A program made the position numbers and the translations under genes. This document shows positions 28,335 to 38,187 of a stretch of 64,000 bases of DNA, piece by piece (position 1 is the first letter of the stretch; each line of letters opens with the position of its first letter). The notes under the pieces are model-generated. The model was not told the origin of the DNA. It worked only from the letters and a program-made list of their open reading frames with translations, and ran no database searches. The stretch spans positions 627,268 through 691,267 of the forward strand of contig OY762427.1 in the NCBI GenBank assembly GCA_963665695.1, read 5' to 3'. Source of the DNA: Alphaproteobacteria bacterium (GTDB lineage: Bacteria; Pseudomonadota; Alphaproteobacteria; Bin65).

Positions 28335-30616
28335 CGCCGCCCCGCCCTTCGGCCTCGTCGCTCGATGCGCTGCTGCAATCGACCCGCGAGCAGTTCGACC
28401 GGACCTTCGCCGACCGGCTGCGCCAGGCGGACGCCGCCGGCCTGCGCAACCGGCGGACGCCGTCCGCGCAATCGTCCGCCGCTACCGGGGCGGCGCCTGC
28501 GGCAACGGCAGCGCCGCCCGCCGGATCGGACCCGGACATCGACGCAACACTGAACCGCCGGTTCGGCGACGACTGGTCGGCCGAACTGGTCGAAACCCAG
28601 ATCACCGGCGGGCGGCTGTCGGCGCTTTACCGGCTGACGGTCGACGGCCGTTCGGCGCTGGAATTCGGCGATGCGGCGGCGGACGGCGACCGCGACGCGG
28701 CGCTGGAGGCGGCGCGCCGGTCTGCGCTCGCCAAGGCGGCGGATGCGCTGGCCAACGGCGGGCAGCCGTCGGCGCCCGCCGCAGAGCGCAGCCTGCCGCA
28801 CGCACCGGCCGCCACGCCCGCGACCCGACCGGCCGGAGGCCCGCGCGCCGCGGCGGCGCCGAGCGGCGCGCTGGACGGGCTGACGCTCGACCGGATCGAG
28901 TCGGCCTGGCGCCAGATCCGCAAGGAGGCCGGCATCGCCCTGGCCCAAAGCGCACTCGGCGATGCGGCGCGCCAGAAGGCGGCCGACGCCGCGACCCTGA
29001 CCGACGCCCGCGGCGCCACGCTGACCGGCAGGCCGGCGCCGGCCGTCGCTGCCCTGGTCCGCGACCGGTCGCGCGACATGCAGCCCGGCGACGTCTTTCT
29101 GTTGGGCGATCCCTATGCCGGCGCCCCCGCGGGCCAGTGGTGCGCCATCGTTCCGGTCTTCGGCCCGGAGGCCGGCGATCCCGTCGGTTTCAGTGTGGCG
29201 TCGGCCCCGATTCCGGACGGCCGCACAGCGCCGGACAGCCGGTCTAACGGCGCGACGTCGGTCTACCGCGAAGGTTTGCGCATTCCGCCGGTCCTCATCC
29301 ACGAGCGCGGCGCGGCCAACCGTGCGGCGCTGGACGTGATCCTGAACAACCTGCCCGAACCCGACGCGGCCCACGGCGAGCTGCGGGCCCTGGTCGCCGC
29401 GGCGCAGACCGGCGAACTGGGCATCGCCGACCTGTGCGTCCGCTTCGGCGCCGAATGCTACCGGCAGGCCTGCGCGGCGGCGCAAGAGCGCACCGGGCGC
29501 GCAGTGCGCAGGATTGTCGCGGCGCACCTGCCCGAAGAGCCGAAATCCTTCGAGGACGTGCTGGATAGCGACGGCTGCGGCAACGGGCCGTTTACGCTCA
29601 AGCTGGCGGTCTGGCGCGAGGGCGACCGGGCCCTTTTCGACTGGACCGGCACGTCTGCCCAGGCGGAAGGACCGGTCAACCTGCTGCTGGACGATGCGGC
29701 CTTCGCCCATCTCGCCGGCGGGCTGCTGATCCGGGCCTTCGATCCGGAAATCGCCACGAACGACGGCCTGCTCGACGCCTTCCGGATCGCCGTTCCCTCG
29801 GGCAGCCTGCTGCGCCCGCATTTTCCGGCGCCGCTGGGCAACGGGGCGCAGACCCTGGCCCGGGTCTACGACGTGCTGAACGGTGCGCTCGGCCAGTGCG
29901 CCGGCGAGGCGGCGACGGCGGCCGGCTACGGATCGAGCCCGCTCGTCGCCTTCAGCGGCCGCGACGCGGGCGGGCGAACGGTCAGCTTCACCGACCGCCT
30001 CTTCGGCGGCGGGCCGGCGCGTTCCGGCCGGGACGGGCAGGACGGCCGCTCGCTGTCGTCCGGCGCCAGGACCCGTCCGGTCGAGCAGTTCGAATCCGAT
30101 CATCCCGTGACCGTGGAACGTGTGGCGGCGATCGCCGACAGCGGCGGCGCGGGAGCGCAGCGCGGCGGGTGCGGGATCGAGAAGGTCTACCGTTTCCGGG
30201 CCGCCGGCGAGGTAAGCTGGCGCGACGACCGGGACCGGTCCCGGCCCTGGGGCCGCGACGGCGGCGAGGCGGGGGCTTCGTCGGCCAGGATCGTTGTCCG
30301 GACAGACGGGTCGCGCGAAGAGCCGGGATCGAAAGCCGATGGCGTGAAGGTGGCTGCCGGCGACCGGCTGGTTTTCCGGACCGCGGGCGGCGGCGGATGG
30401 GGCAATCCGCTGGACCGCGCGCCCGAACGGGTCCAGAAAGACGTCCGGAGCGGCCTGGTCTCGACGGTTGCGGCCCGGGATCGCTATGGTGTGGTCGTCG
30501 CAGGCAGTCCGGCGGCCTGTAAGGTGGACGAAGCGGCGACGCAGGACATGCGCGAAACGCTCGGCCGGTCGCGCGCTATGGCGCCCGGCCGGTCCCCCGG
30601 CGGGGGAGCGCAGTGA
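28331..30616 (+). CDS. hyuB: Hydantoinase/oxoprolinase family, B subunit (HyuB-like) with ~185-aa N-terminal extension
   Basis: ATGA overlap with the hyuA stop. The HyuB core starts near DGLTLDRIESAWRQIRKEAG, followed by MQPGDVFLLGDPYAG. Upstream of the core is an Ala/Pro-rich linker and a ~100-aa segment that looks folded. Confidence 0.8.
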   Translation: MTPPRPSASSLDALLQSTREQFDRTFADRLRQADAAGLRNRRTPSAQSSAATGAAPAATAAPPAGSDPDIDATLNRRFGDDWSAELVETQITGGRLSALYRLTVDGRSALEFGDAAADGDRDAALEAARRSALAKAADALANGGQPSAPAAERSLPHAPAATPATRPAGGPRAAAAPSGALDGLTLDRIESAWRQIRKEAGIALAQSALGDAARQKAADAATLTDARGATLTGRPAPAVAALVRDRSRDMQPGDVFLLGDPYAGAPAGQWCAIVPVFGPEAGDPVGFSVASAPIPDGRTAPDSRSNGATSVYREGLRIPPVLIHERGAANRAALDVILNNLPEPDAAHGELRALVAAAQTGELGIADLCVRFGAECYRQACAAAQERTGRAVRRIVAAHLPEEPKSFEDVLDSDGCGNGPFTLKLAVWREGDRALFDWTGTSAQAEGPVNLLLDDAAFAHLAGGLLIRAFDPEIATNDGLLDAFRIAVPSGSLLRPHFPAPLGNGAQTLARVYDVLNGALGQCAGEAATAAGYGSSPLVAFSGRDAGGRTVSFTDRLFGGGPARSGRDGQDGRSLSSGARTRPVEQFESDHPVTVERVAAIADSGGAGAQRGGCGIEKVYRFRAAGEVSWRDDRDRSRPWGRDGGEAGASSARIVVRTDGSREEPGSKADGVKVAAGDRLVFRTAGGGGWGNPLDRAPERVQKDVRSGLVSTVAARDRYGVVVAGSPAACKVDEAATQDMRETLGRSRAMAPGRSPGGGAQ

Positions 30617-30721
30617 TTCCGGGCGCCGATCGAACGACCGGGCGTCGCAGGCCGGAAACGGGAAGACACCGGCCGGCCGCGCGCCGCGGCATGAGTATGC
30701 CCGATACGGAGGGGCGGAAGT

Positions 30722-33280
30722 ATGGTTGAGAACATCATCGTCGGCATTGTGCTGGCGGTCATCGTCGTCGCGATCGTCTACATCCTGTCGATCTGGGTGT
30801 ATAAGCGCGCGCCGTCGAACATGGGCTTCATCCGCACCGGCTTCCTCGGCACCAAGGTGTGCCTGGGCCGCGGCGCGGTCGTCCTGCCCGTGTTCCACGA
30901 GGTGACCTGGGTCTCGCTGGAAACGATCAAGCTGATCGTCAGCCGCTCGCGCGACCAGGCGGTGCTGACCCACGACAATGTCCGCGTCGACGTCGCGGCG
31001 GAGCTCTACACCCATGTCGGCCGCACCGAGCAGGAACTGCTGACCGCCGGGCGCAGCCTGGGCGAAAAGACCTTCGATCCGGAAAAGGTGCGCATCCTGC
31101 TCGAAGCCAAGGTGGTCGGCGCCCTGCGCAGCTATGCCGCCACCAAGTCGCTCAAGGAACTGCACGAGAACCGCGAGGCGATGGCCGAGGCTATCAAGGC
31201 CAACGTGACCGAGAGTTTCAACGCCAACGGCCTGACGCTGGAAGAGGTCACCGTCGTCACCCTGGAACAGACCGGCAAGGAGCATTTCAAGACCGACAAC
31301 GTGTTCGACGCCGAAGGCCTGAAGATCATCACCGAGATCACCAGCGACGCCCGGCGCAAGGTCCACGACACCGAGAAGCGCACCACGGTCGCGATCCGCC
31401 AGAAGGACCTGGATACCCAGCTCGAACTGCTCGAGATCGAGCGCCAGGAGGCGACCGCCCGGGCCAACCAGGACAAGGCGATCTCCAATGAGGAAGCCCT
31501 GCAGATGCGCGAGAAGCAGGTCTTCATCCTGAACCAGCGCAAGGCGGTGGAAGAACAGGAGATCGGCAACGAGGTCGAGCTCGAGAAAATGCGCACCGAC
31601 CGCGAACTTGCGATCACGGAAGAGGCCCAGAAGCGCGAGGCGTCGGAAATCCAGAAGGCCCTGAAGCTGGAGCAGGAGCGCCGCGACAAGGAAATCGCCA
31701 TCATCGCCAAGGCAAAGGAAGAGGAACTGGCCGAGATCGACCGCGCGTTGGCGCGCGAGAAGGCCGAGAAGGACAAGCAGATCGGCCTGATCCAGAAGGA
31801 GATCGAGCGCCAGAAGGCCGACATCGCCCAGGCGACGGCGGTCGCCGCCGAAGAGGAGTCGGCCCGGATCGAACGCCACAAGGCCGCCGAGCAGGCGGCG
31901 CTGGAGACCCGCCGGCTCAGCCTGGCGACGAGGCTGAACCTGCTGGAACTGGACAAGGAGGAGGAGTTCGCCGCCGCCAACCAGGAGCAGGAAGTCTCCA
32001 ACGAAAAAGCCCGGACGATGAGCGAATCCCAGCGCTTCATCATCGAACAGCGCTGGACCGTACAGCAGGAGGAGATCCAAAAGGAGCGGGCCTACGAGGC
32101 CGCCCGGATCGAGAAAGACGCGGCGATCATCGACGAGGGCACCAAGAAGGAAGCCGCTGAGATCAAACGCCAGCTCGCCGTCGAACTGGAAGAGCGGGAG
32201 CGGGAAATCGCGCTGATCGGCAAGGAACAGGAGCGCGAGACCGTCGACATCCGGCGCTTCCTGACGCGGGAGATCGAGGAGCGCGACCGCGAGATCGCGC
32301 TGGAACAGAAGACCAGGGAACTGGAAGCTGCCGAAGCCGACCGGCTGGCCACCACCGCCGACCGCATCCGGGCGACCCACGCCGCCGAGGCCGCCGGCCA
32401 TCTCGCCGACGCCGAGACGGAGAAGGAAATCCGGCGCATCGAGGCCGAGAAGCAGGCCGCGGCAGACCGGATCGCCGAAGAAGCGAAAGCGCAGATCGCC
32501 AGCATGCACATGGTCACCCAGTCCGAGGCGCGCCAGCAGGCGGCGGAGCGCGAGGCCGCAGCCACGCTGACAAAGGCCAATGCCAACAGCGAGGCCCAGA
32601 AGATCACCGCCGAGGGCGTCGAGCGCGAGGCCGGCGCCCGCGGCCGGGCCGAAATGGAGATCGAGGCGCTGCGCGTCCAGCGGACCGAGGAGAAGCTCAA
32701 AGCCGAGGCCGCCGGCATGGAGGCCAAGGCCGACGCGCTCAAGAAATACAACGAAGCCGCGATGTTCCTGGAGCTTTCGAAGCTGTTCATCGAGGCCGAG
32801 CGCGACGTCCATATCGACCAGGCCAAGGCCATGGGCAACGCCCTGGAGGGCGCGCATATCCGCATGTATGGCGGCAGCAACGACGGCACGATGGACACAA
32901 TCCGCGGCCTGTTCAACTCCGGCTTCGGCCTGGGCGAGGCCATGGAGGGCCTGGCCCATTCCATGCCCGACGGCCTGCGCGACCGCTTCAACGCCAACGG
33001 GCTGCGCGGCCTGTTCGGCCGGCCGGCGGACAGCGGCCTGCTGCTCCAGGCCCACGGGCAGCTCAAGGTTCTGGTCGAACGCGAATTCGGCACCGCGGCG
33101 GCCCGGCAGGCGCCGCTCGGCGAGGCGGTCGGCACGCTGGAGGAAGCGGCCGGCAACGATCCGGCGCAGCAGCGCGCCGTCGGCCTGCTCAGGCAGGTGG
33201 CGGCACAGGACGACTTCGCCGACGTGCCTTTCGAGACGATCTGGTCGCTGTTGACCGCGCTGACGGAAAAGACCGACTGA
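30722..33280 (+). CDS. Flotillin/SPFH (band-7) family protein, YqiK-like, with greatly expanded coiled coil
   Basis: N-terminal TM helix plus SPFH domain, followed by >500 aa of E/A/K/R-rich heptad-like repeats. 852 aa in total. Confidence 0.8.
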   Translation: MVENIIVGIVLAVIVVAIVYILSIWVYKRAPSNMGFIRTGFLGTKVCLGRGAVVLPVFHEVTWVSLETIKLIVSRSRDQAVLTHDNVRVDVAAELYTHVGRTEQELLTAGRSLGEKTFDPEKVRILLEAKVVGALRSYAATKSLKELHENREAMAEAIKANVTESFNANGLTLEEVTVVTLEQTGKEHFKTDNVFDAEGLKIITEITSDARRKVHDTEKRTTVAIRQKDLDTQLELLEIERQEATARANQDKAISNEEALQMREKQVFILNQRKAVEEQEIGNEVELEKMRTDRELAITEEAQKREASEIQKALKLEQERRDKEIAIIAKAKEEELAEIDRALAREKAEKDKQIGLIQKEIERQKADIAQATAVAAEEESARIERHKAAEQAALETRRLSLATRLNLLELDKEEEFAAANQEQEVSNEKARTMSESQRFIIEQRWTVQQEEIQKERAYEAARIEKDAAIIDEGTKKEAAEIKRQLAVELEEREREIALIGKEQERETVDIRRFLTREIEERDREIALEQKTRELEAAEADRLATTADRIRATHAAEAAGHLADAETEKEIRRIEAEKQAAADRIAEEAKAQIASMHMVTQSEARQQAAEREAAATLTKANANSEAQKITAEGVEREAGARGRAEMEIEALRVQRTEEKLKAEAAGMEAKADALKKYNEAAMFLELSKLFIEAERDVHIDQAKAMGNALEGAHIRMYGGSNDGTMDTIRGLFNSGFGLGEAMEGLAHSMPDGLRDRFNANGLRGLFGRPADSGLLLQAHGQLKVLVEREFGTAAARQAPLGEAVGTLEEAAGNDPAQQRAVGLLRQVAAQDDFADVPFETIWSLLTALTEKTD

Positions 33281-33335
33281 CCGGGACACCCGCCGGGCCT
33301 GAGGGACCGTTGCCAATGCGACGGCGGCACCGCCG

Positions 33336-34427
33336 ATGACCGACTATGACGTCGTCCTGGACGGGGTGAACAAGACCTTTCCGGGCAACGTGCGCGCCGT
33401 GATCGATTTCAACGCCGAAATCCGGCACGGCGAGTTCGTCGCGATGCTGGGGCCGAGCGGCTGCGGCAAGACGACGACCCTGCGCATGATCGGCGGCCTG
33501 GAGGAAGTGACCAGCGGCAAAATCTGGCTCGCCGGCAAGGATGTGACGGACCTGCCGCCGTCCCAGCGCAACACCTCCATGATGTTCCAGAGCTTCGCGC
33601 TCTTTCCGCACCGCAACGTGCATCAGAATGTCGAGTTCAGCCTGAAGATGCAGGGCGTGCCCAGGGAGGAGCGGTCGCGCCGGACCCGGGACATGGTGGA
33701 GATGGTCGGCCTGGGACCGCTGGCCGACCGCCGGCCGCACGACCTTTCCGGCGGCCAGCAGCAGCGCGTGGCGCTTGCCCGCGCGCTGATCAGCGAGCCG
33801 ACGGTGCTCCTGCTCGACGAGCCGCTCGGCGCACTGGACTACAATCTGCGCCAGTCGATGATCATCGAACTGAAGAAGATCCAGCGCGAGACCGGCATCA
33901 CCTTCATCATGGTGACCCACTCCCAGGAGGAGGCCATGTCGATGGCCGACAAGGTGATCGTGATGAGCGACGCGCTGATCCAGCAGACCGGCACGTCGCG
34001 GGAAATCTACGAATCGCCGCGCACCAGCTTCGTCGCCTCCTTCATCGGCAACAACAACCTGTTCCGCGGCACGGTGCGCTCGCGCTCCGGCTCGATCGTG
34101 CTGGTCGAGGCTCACGGCAAGATGTTCTACGTCCGCGCGCCGGACTATATCGCGGCCGTCCATATCGACCGGGAGGCGCATTTCTCGGTGCGCGCCGACC
34201 TCATGCACACCGGCGAACACCCGGACATGGCGAACCGGGTCGAAGGCACTTACGTCACGACCGAGTTCAAGGGATCGCTGGAGACCGATGTGTTCGAGAT
34301 TGCGCCCGACGCATACGTCTCGGTCGAGCAGCATCGCGGCGTCAACGACCGCATGTACGAGCCCGGCGAACGCGAAACCGTCTGCTGGCCCGCCGACGCC
34401 GGCGTGCTGCTGGAGCAGAATCCGTAG
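33336..34427 (+). CDS. ABC transporter ATP-binding protein (PotA/spermidine-putrescine type)
   Basis: Walker A GPSGCGKTT, signature LSGGQQQRVALARAL and Walker B LLLDEP, with a C-terminal TOBE-like domain. Confidence 0.85.
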   Translation: MTDYDVVLDGVNKTFPGNVRAVIDFNAEIRHGEFVAMLGPSGCGKTTTLRMIGGLEEVTSGKIWLAGKDVTDLPPSQRNTSMMFQSFALFPHRNVHQNVEFSLKMQGVPREERSRRTRDMVEMVGLGPLADRRPHDLSGGQQQRVALARALISEPTVLLLDEPLGALDYNLRQSMIIELKKIQRETGITFIMVTHSQEEAMSMADKVIVMSDALIQQTGTSREIYESPRTSFVASFIGNNNLFRGTVRSRSGSIVLVEAHGKMFYVRAPDYIAAVHIDREAHFSVRADLMHTGEHPDMANRVEGTYVTTEFKGSLETDVFEIAPDAYVSVEQHRGVNDRMYEPGERETVCWPADAGVLLEQNP

Positions 34428-34854
34428 GGGTTGGCACCCGGAATTCGCTCAGGACGCGAACGGTCCAGGGTCGGGCTCCCGCCGACGGGCCGATCGTTTC
34501 GATACCGGTTTCGGGGACATCGCGGACGTTGCGCGTCGCGGCGCTGTCGAACGGCAGAATCCGATTCGCAAACCCTGTCTCCATGACCCGTCGAAGGGTC
34601 GCCTCAATCGAAACCCAATCGAAGCGGAGCGGATCGCGCATCGGCCCGCGCGGCGGCAGTTCGAGTTCCGCCCCGCCAAGGGGGTGCGAAGCATTCGCGG
34701 ACGAAGCTGGCCAGCTTCCCGGGATCGGACCCGACCGCGCCGCGCGCGGGATAACCCGCGCTTCCTCTTCCATGGACCGGCCGTTTCCCGCCGCCCGGAT
34801 GCGCAGACGGACTTTCGCATCGTCGTCGAGTTTTCGGATCGTGACGCTCGCCAT
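34342..34854 (-). pseudogene. Decayed vapB-vapC-like toxin-antitoxin remnant: RHH antitoxin fused in frame to a truncated PIN toxin
   Basis: The ATG at 34854 opens MASVTIRKLDDDAKVRLRIRAAGNGRSMEEEARVI...ELELPPRGPMRDPLRFD, which reads as a FitA/VapB-type antitoxin. The same frame continues without a stop into fragments of a VapC PIN domain (LRRVMETGFANRILPFD...ATRNVRDVPETGIETIGP). The PIN N-terminal acidic core is missing. The frame then runs through and overlaps the 3' end of the convergent ABC ATPase gene. Confidence 0.45.
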
Positions 34855-35019
34855 GGCCGTTCCCCCTGCATCATGCAATCGGAATGTAAAGAGCGCTGTC
34901 GATGCCGTCATCCGGCCGGCCGGGCCGTCGAAGCGACGGACAGACGGGCCGTCCGGGCGGATTCGTGTTAGGACGGGCCGAAGGCGGCGCCGGCGACGCC
35001 CCTCGCCGCCGTCTTTTCC

Positions 35020-36192
35020 GTGCAAAAACCAGGACGACCGATGACCGCGCCTCCCGCCGTGCCCCGCACGCTCTATTCGCCGGACCACGAGTTGTTCCGC
35101 GCCTCCGTGCAGTCGTTTCTGGAGGCCGAGGTCGTGCCGCATTACGCGGACTGGGAGGAGGCCGGATACACGCCGCGGGATATCTGGCTGCGGGCCGGCG
35201 AGATGGGCCTGCTCGGCACCGGCATCCCCGAGGAATACGGCGGCGCCGGCGGCGACTTCCTCTGGGACGCCATCGTCATAGAGGAACTGGGCCGATACGG
35301 CCTCGCGGCGCCGGCCTGGGACATGCACGGGCACATCATCGCGCCGATGATCGCCGCGCACGGCACAGAGGAGCAGAAGCGCAGAATCCTGCCGGCCATG
35401 GCGGCCGGCGAATCGATCTTCTGCATCGGCCTGACCGAGCCCGGCGGGGGCAGCGATCTGGCCGCGCTGCGGACCCGCGCAACGGAATCGGGCAACGGCT
35501 TTCTCGTCAACGGCTCGAAGACCTTCATTACGAACGGACACATCGCCGATTTCATTCTTCTGGCGGCGAACCGGCATCCGGATCGCGGCGCGAAGGGCGT
35601 ATCCCTGTTTATCGTGCCGCTCGATTCGGACGGCATTACCCGCGGCCGGAATCTGAAAAAAATCGGCAACAAGGCGCAGGACACCGCCGAACTCTTCTTC
35701 GACGACGTCCGATTGCCGGGATCGGCGCTGCTCGGCGATTCGGAGCACGGCTGGAGCCAGCTGATGCACGGCCTCGCCCGCGAACGGATGGTCGTCGCCG
35801 TGCGTTCCATGGCGATCGCCGAGGCCGCGCTCGAGCAGACCGTCGCCTACACCAAGGACCGAACCGCCTTCGGCCAGCGTATCTTCGATTTTCAGAACAC
35901 CCAGTTCAAGCTGGCGGAACTGGCGACGGCCTGCACGGCGATGCGCCCTTTCGTCGACCAGTCGATCCGGCTGCTGGCCCGGGACGAACTGAGCGCCGAA
36001 CGCGCCGCAATGGCAAAGCTCGCGTTGACGGAGCTTGCCGACCGGGTGCTCGACGAATGCCTGCAGCTCCACGGCGGCCACGGCTACATGTGGGAGACTC
36101 CGGTCGCCCGGGCCTGGGCGGACGCGCGCGTGCACCGGATCTACGCCGGCACCAACGAAATTATGAAATACATCGTCGGGCGGTCGCTGTAG
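35020..36192 (+). CDS. Acyl-CoA dehydrogenase
   Basis: ACAD blocks: GLTEPGGGSD, the catalytic-base region YTKDRTAFGQRI and a C-terminal IYAGTNEI motif. The start may be the ATG at 35041. Confidence 0.85.
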   Translation: MQKPGRPMTAPPAVPRTLYSPDHELFRASVQSFLEAEVVPHYADWEEAGYTPRDIWLRAGEMGLLGTGIPEEYGGAGGDFLWDAIVIEELGRYGLAAPAWDMHGHIIAPMIAAHGTEEQKRRILPAMAAGESIFCIGLTEPGGGSDLAALRTRATESGNGFLVNGSKTFITNGHIADFILLAANRHPDRGAKGVSLFIVPLDSDGITRGRNLKKIGNKAQDTAELFFDDVRLPGSALLGDSEHGWSQLMHGLARERMVVAVRSMAIAEAALEQTVAYTKDRTAFGQRIFDFQNTQFKLAELATACTAMRPFVDQSIRLLARDELSAERAAMAKLALTELADRVLDECLQLHGGHGYMWETPVARAWADARVHRIYAGTNEIMKYIVGRSL

Positions 36193-36228
36193 CGGCGCCG
36201 GCAACCGTTCCGGCCCGACATGTCCGGC

Positions 36229-37056
36229 TTACCGCGAGCGCCGGTACAGGATGGTGTAGACCACGATGAACAGCCCGATCAGGCAGAAGGAGAAGATCGT
36301 CGAGGCGGTGCCGAGCGCGAACAGGGTCGGGCGGATGCGCTGGGTCATCGAGGCGTTGATGTCCAGCGGCAGGGTGTTGTACTCGCCCGACAGCAGGGTG
36401 GTGCGGGCGAACTCGTCGTAGGACAGCGTAAAGCCGAACAGGCCGGCGGCGACGATGCCGGGCAGGATAAGCGGCAGGGTGATCTCCCGGAACACCGTCC
36501 ATTCGCCGGCGCCCATGTCCCGGGCGGCCTCCTCCAGGCTGCTGTCGAACCGGTTGAAGACGGCCATCATCACGAGAAATCCGAAGGGCAGGGTCCAGAC
36601 GACGTGGACGCCCAGGCCCGACGACCACCAGGCCGGCGGAATGCCGATCTGGCGCATCAGGGTGGCGAGGCCCAGGCTGAGCAGCACGCCGGGCACCATC
36701 AGGCCCAGCATGATCGTGTAAAACAGCAGGTTGGAGCCCCGGAACTTGCGCCGGAAGGCCATCGCCAGCATGGTCGAGAACAGCGCCGTGATGACCATGA
36801 CGACCAGCGCGAGGATGAGCGACCGGGCGAGCGCGCCCTGGAGATCGCCGATCGAGGACGGCTCGAGCAGCTTCTCCCACCAGTAAGTGCTGAACCCGCG
36901 CATCGGGAAGCTGGTGCCGCCGCGCCTGCCCTGGAAGGACAGGGCGAACATGGCGATCATCGGCCCGAAAATGAAGACGATGAACAGGATGTAATAGATG
37001 CTGAAGCCGGTTTTCACGGCCAGCGCCTTCGTCCTCCGCCGGGTCCAGCGCGTCAT
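36229..37056 (-). CDS. ABC transporter permease (PotC-like)
   Basis: 6 TM helices with an EAA-like loop (EEAARDMGAGEWTVFREITLPL). Confidence 0.8.
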   Translation of the reverse strand: MTRWTRRRTKALAVKTGFSIYYILFIVFIFGPMIAMFALSFQGRRGGTSFPMRGFSTYWWEKLLEPSSIGDLQGALARSLILALVVMVITALFSTMLAMAFRRKFRGSNLLFYTIMLGLMVPGVLLSLGLATLMRQIGIPPAWWSSGLGVHVVWTLPFGFLVMMAVFNRFDSSLEEAARDMGAGEWTVFREITLPLILPGIVAAGLFGFTLSYDEFARTTLLSGEYNTLPLDINASMTQRIRPTLFALGTASTIFSFCLIGLFIVVYTILYRRSR

Positions 37057-37059
37057 CGC

Positions 37060-38055
37060 CTACAGCTCCTTGCGGATGTCGACGACGCGCAGGATGAAGA
37101 ACACGCCGATCATCATGGCCAGCATCAGCATGATCGCGTTCACCGCGGCGAACGGATAGTTCGCGGTCGCGTAGTAGTTCAGGATCACGGTGCCGGTGGT
37201 CGAGGTCTTGCCGCCGTAGACGACCACGGCGGTGGCGAACTCGCCCATCAGCATGACGAACAGGAAGATCAGGCCGATGGCGACGCCGGGCAGGGAGAGC
37301 GGCAGGATAATCTCGCGGAAGACCCGGTAACTGCTGGCCCCCATGTCCCGCGCCGCCTCGAGGATGTCCTTGTCGATCTTGGCGAGCGAAAAGAAGATCG
37401 GCCCGATGCACAGCACGACATAAAGCTGCGCCAGCGCCATCGTGTAGCCGAACTCGGAATACAGGAAGAAGGAACTCGGCTTGTCGATGACGCCCAGATT
37501 CATCAGCATCTTGTTGAACAGGCCGCGCCGGCCGAGCATCGGCAGCCAGGCCACGGCGCGGATCAGGTAGCTGGTCCAGAACGGCACCATCGCCACCAGG
37601 AACAGCGCCAGCTGCCATTTGAAATTCTTCACCTGCATCGCCAGGAAAAAGGCGATCGGGTAGCCGATGATCAGGCAAACGGCCATCACGGTGATGGTGA
37701 AGCGGAAGGTCGTCCACAGGGTGGTCAGGAAAATGCTGAGCTTCAGGAAATTGCGGTGTTCGGGATCGAAAAACCCTTCCTGCCGGAAGAAATTGCCGAA
37801 GTTGATGAGCGTGAAGTCCGGCGTCATGCCGCCCCTGACCGGCGTCCAGAAGCTGAACACCACGATGCCGATCAGCGGCACGACGAGAAAGACGATCAGC
37901 CAGAGGCTTGCCGGCGCGACCAGCCAGCCGGGATGGATGGCCTGGTCGCGCTTGGTTTTCTTCAGCCGCGCGATGTCCTGCGCCGGCGGCGCCGGCTGGT
38001 CGCCGATCAGGCCGCTGTGATGCCGTTTTGCATGCGGTGGCGCAGTCTGAAGCAT
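37060..38055 (-). CDS. ABC transporter permease (PotB-like)
   Basis: 6 TM helices with an EAA-like loop (LEAARDMGASSYRVFREIILPL). Confidence 0.8.
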   Translation of the reverse strand: MLQTAPPHAKRHHSGLIGDQPAPPAQDIARLKKTKRDQAIHPGWLVAPASLWLIVFLVVPLIGIVVFSFWTPVRGGMTPDFTLINFGNFFRQEGFFDPEHRNFLKLSIFLTTLWTTFRFTITVMAVCLIIGYPIAFFLAMQVKNFKWQLALFLVAMVPFWTSYLIRAVAWLPMLGRRGLFNKMLMNLGVIDKPSSFFLYSEFGYTMALAQLYVVLCIGPIFFSLAKIDKDILEAARDMGASSYRVFREIILPLSLPGVAIGLIFLFVMLMGEFATAVVVYGGKTSTTGTVILNYYATANYPFAAVNAIMLMLAMMIGVFFILRVVDIRKEL

Positions 38056-38187
38056 GGCGGCGTCAGCCGGCGCCCGCCGGGGCGGCCGGGCGGACGAAGA
38101 GAGAGGCAGGGGGGCGGCGCAAGGGCGGGGGCAGGCCCCGCCCTTGCCATGCCGTTTCGGCCCTGAAGGCCGGAGCGATTAAGCCCG

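Noticed and set aside
28262-33316. 1684-aa minus-strand ORF spanning hyuB and the flotillin gene
   Set aside because: Antisense to two well-supported plus-strand genes. The translation is low-complexity Ala/Arg/Gly-rich, typical of stop-codon-poor frames in high-GC DNA.
34855-36204. Upstream two-thirds of the 620-aa minus ORF 34342..36204
   Set aside because: Antisense to the acyl-CoA dehydrogenase gene. The biologically meaningful part starts at the antitoxin ATG at 34854.
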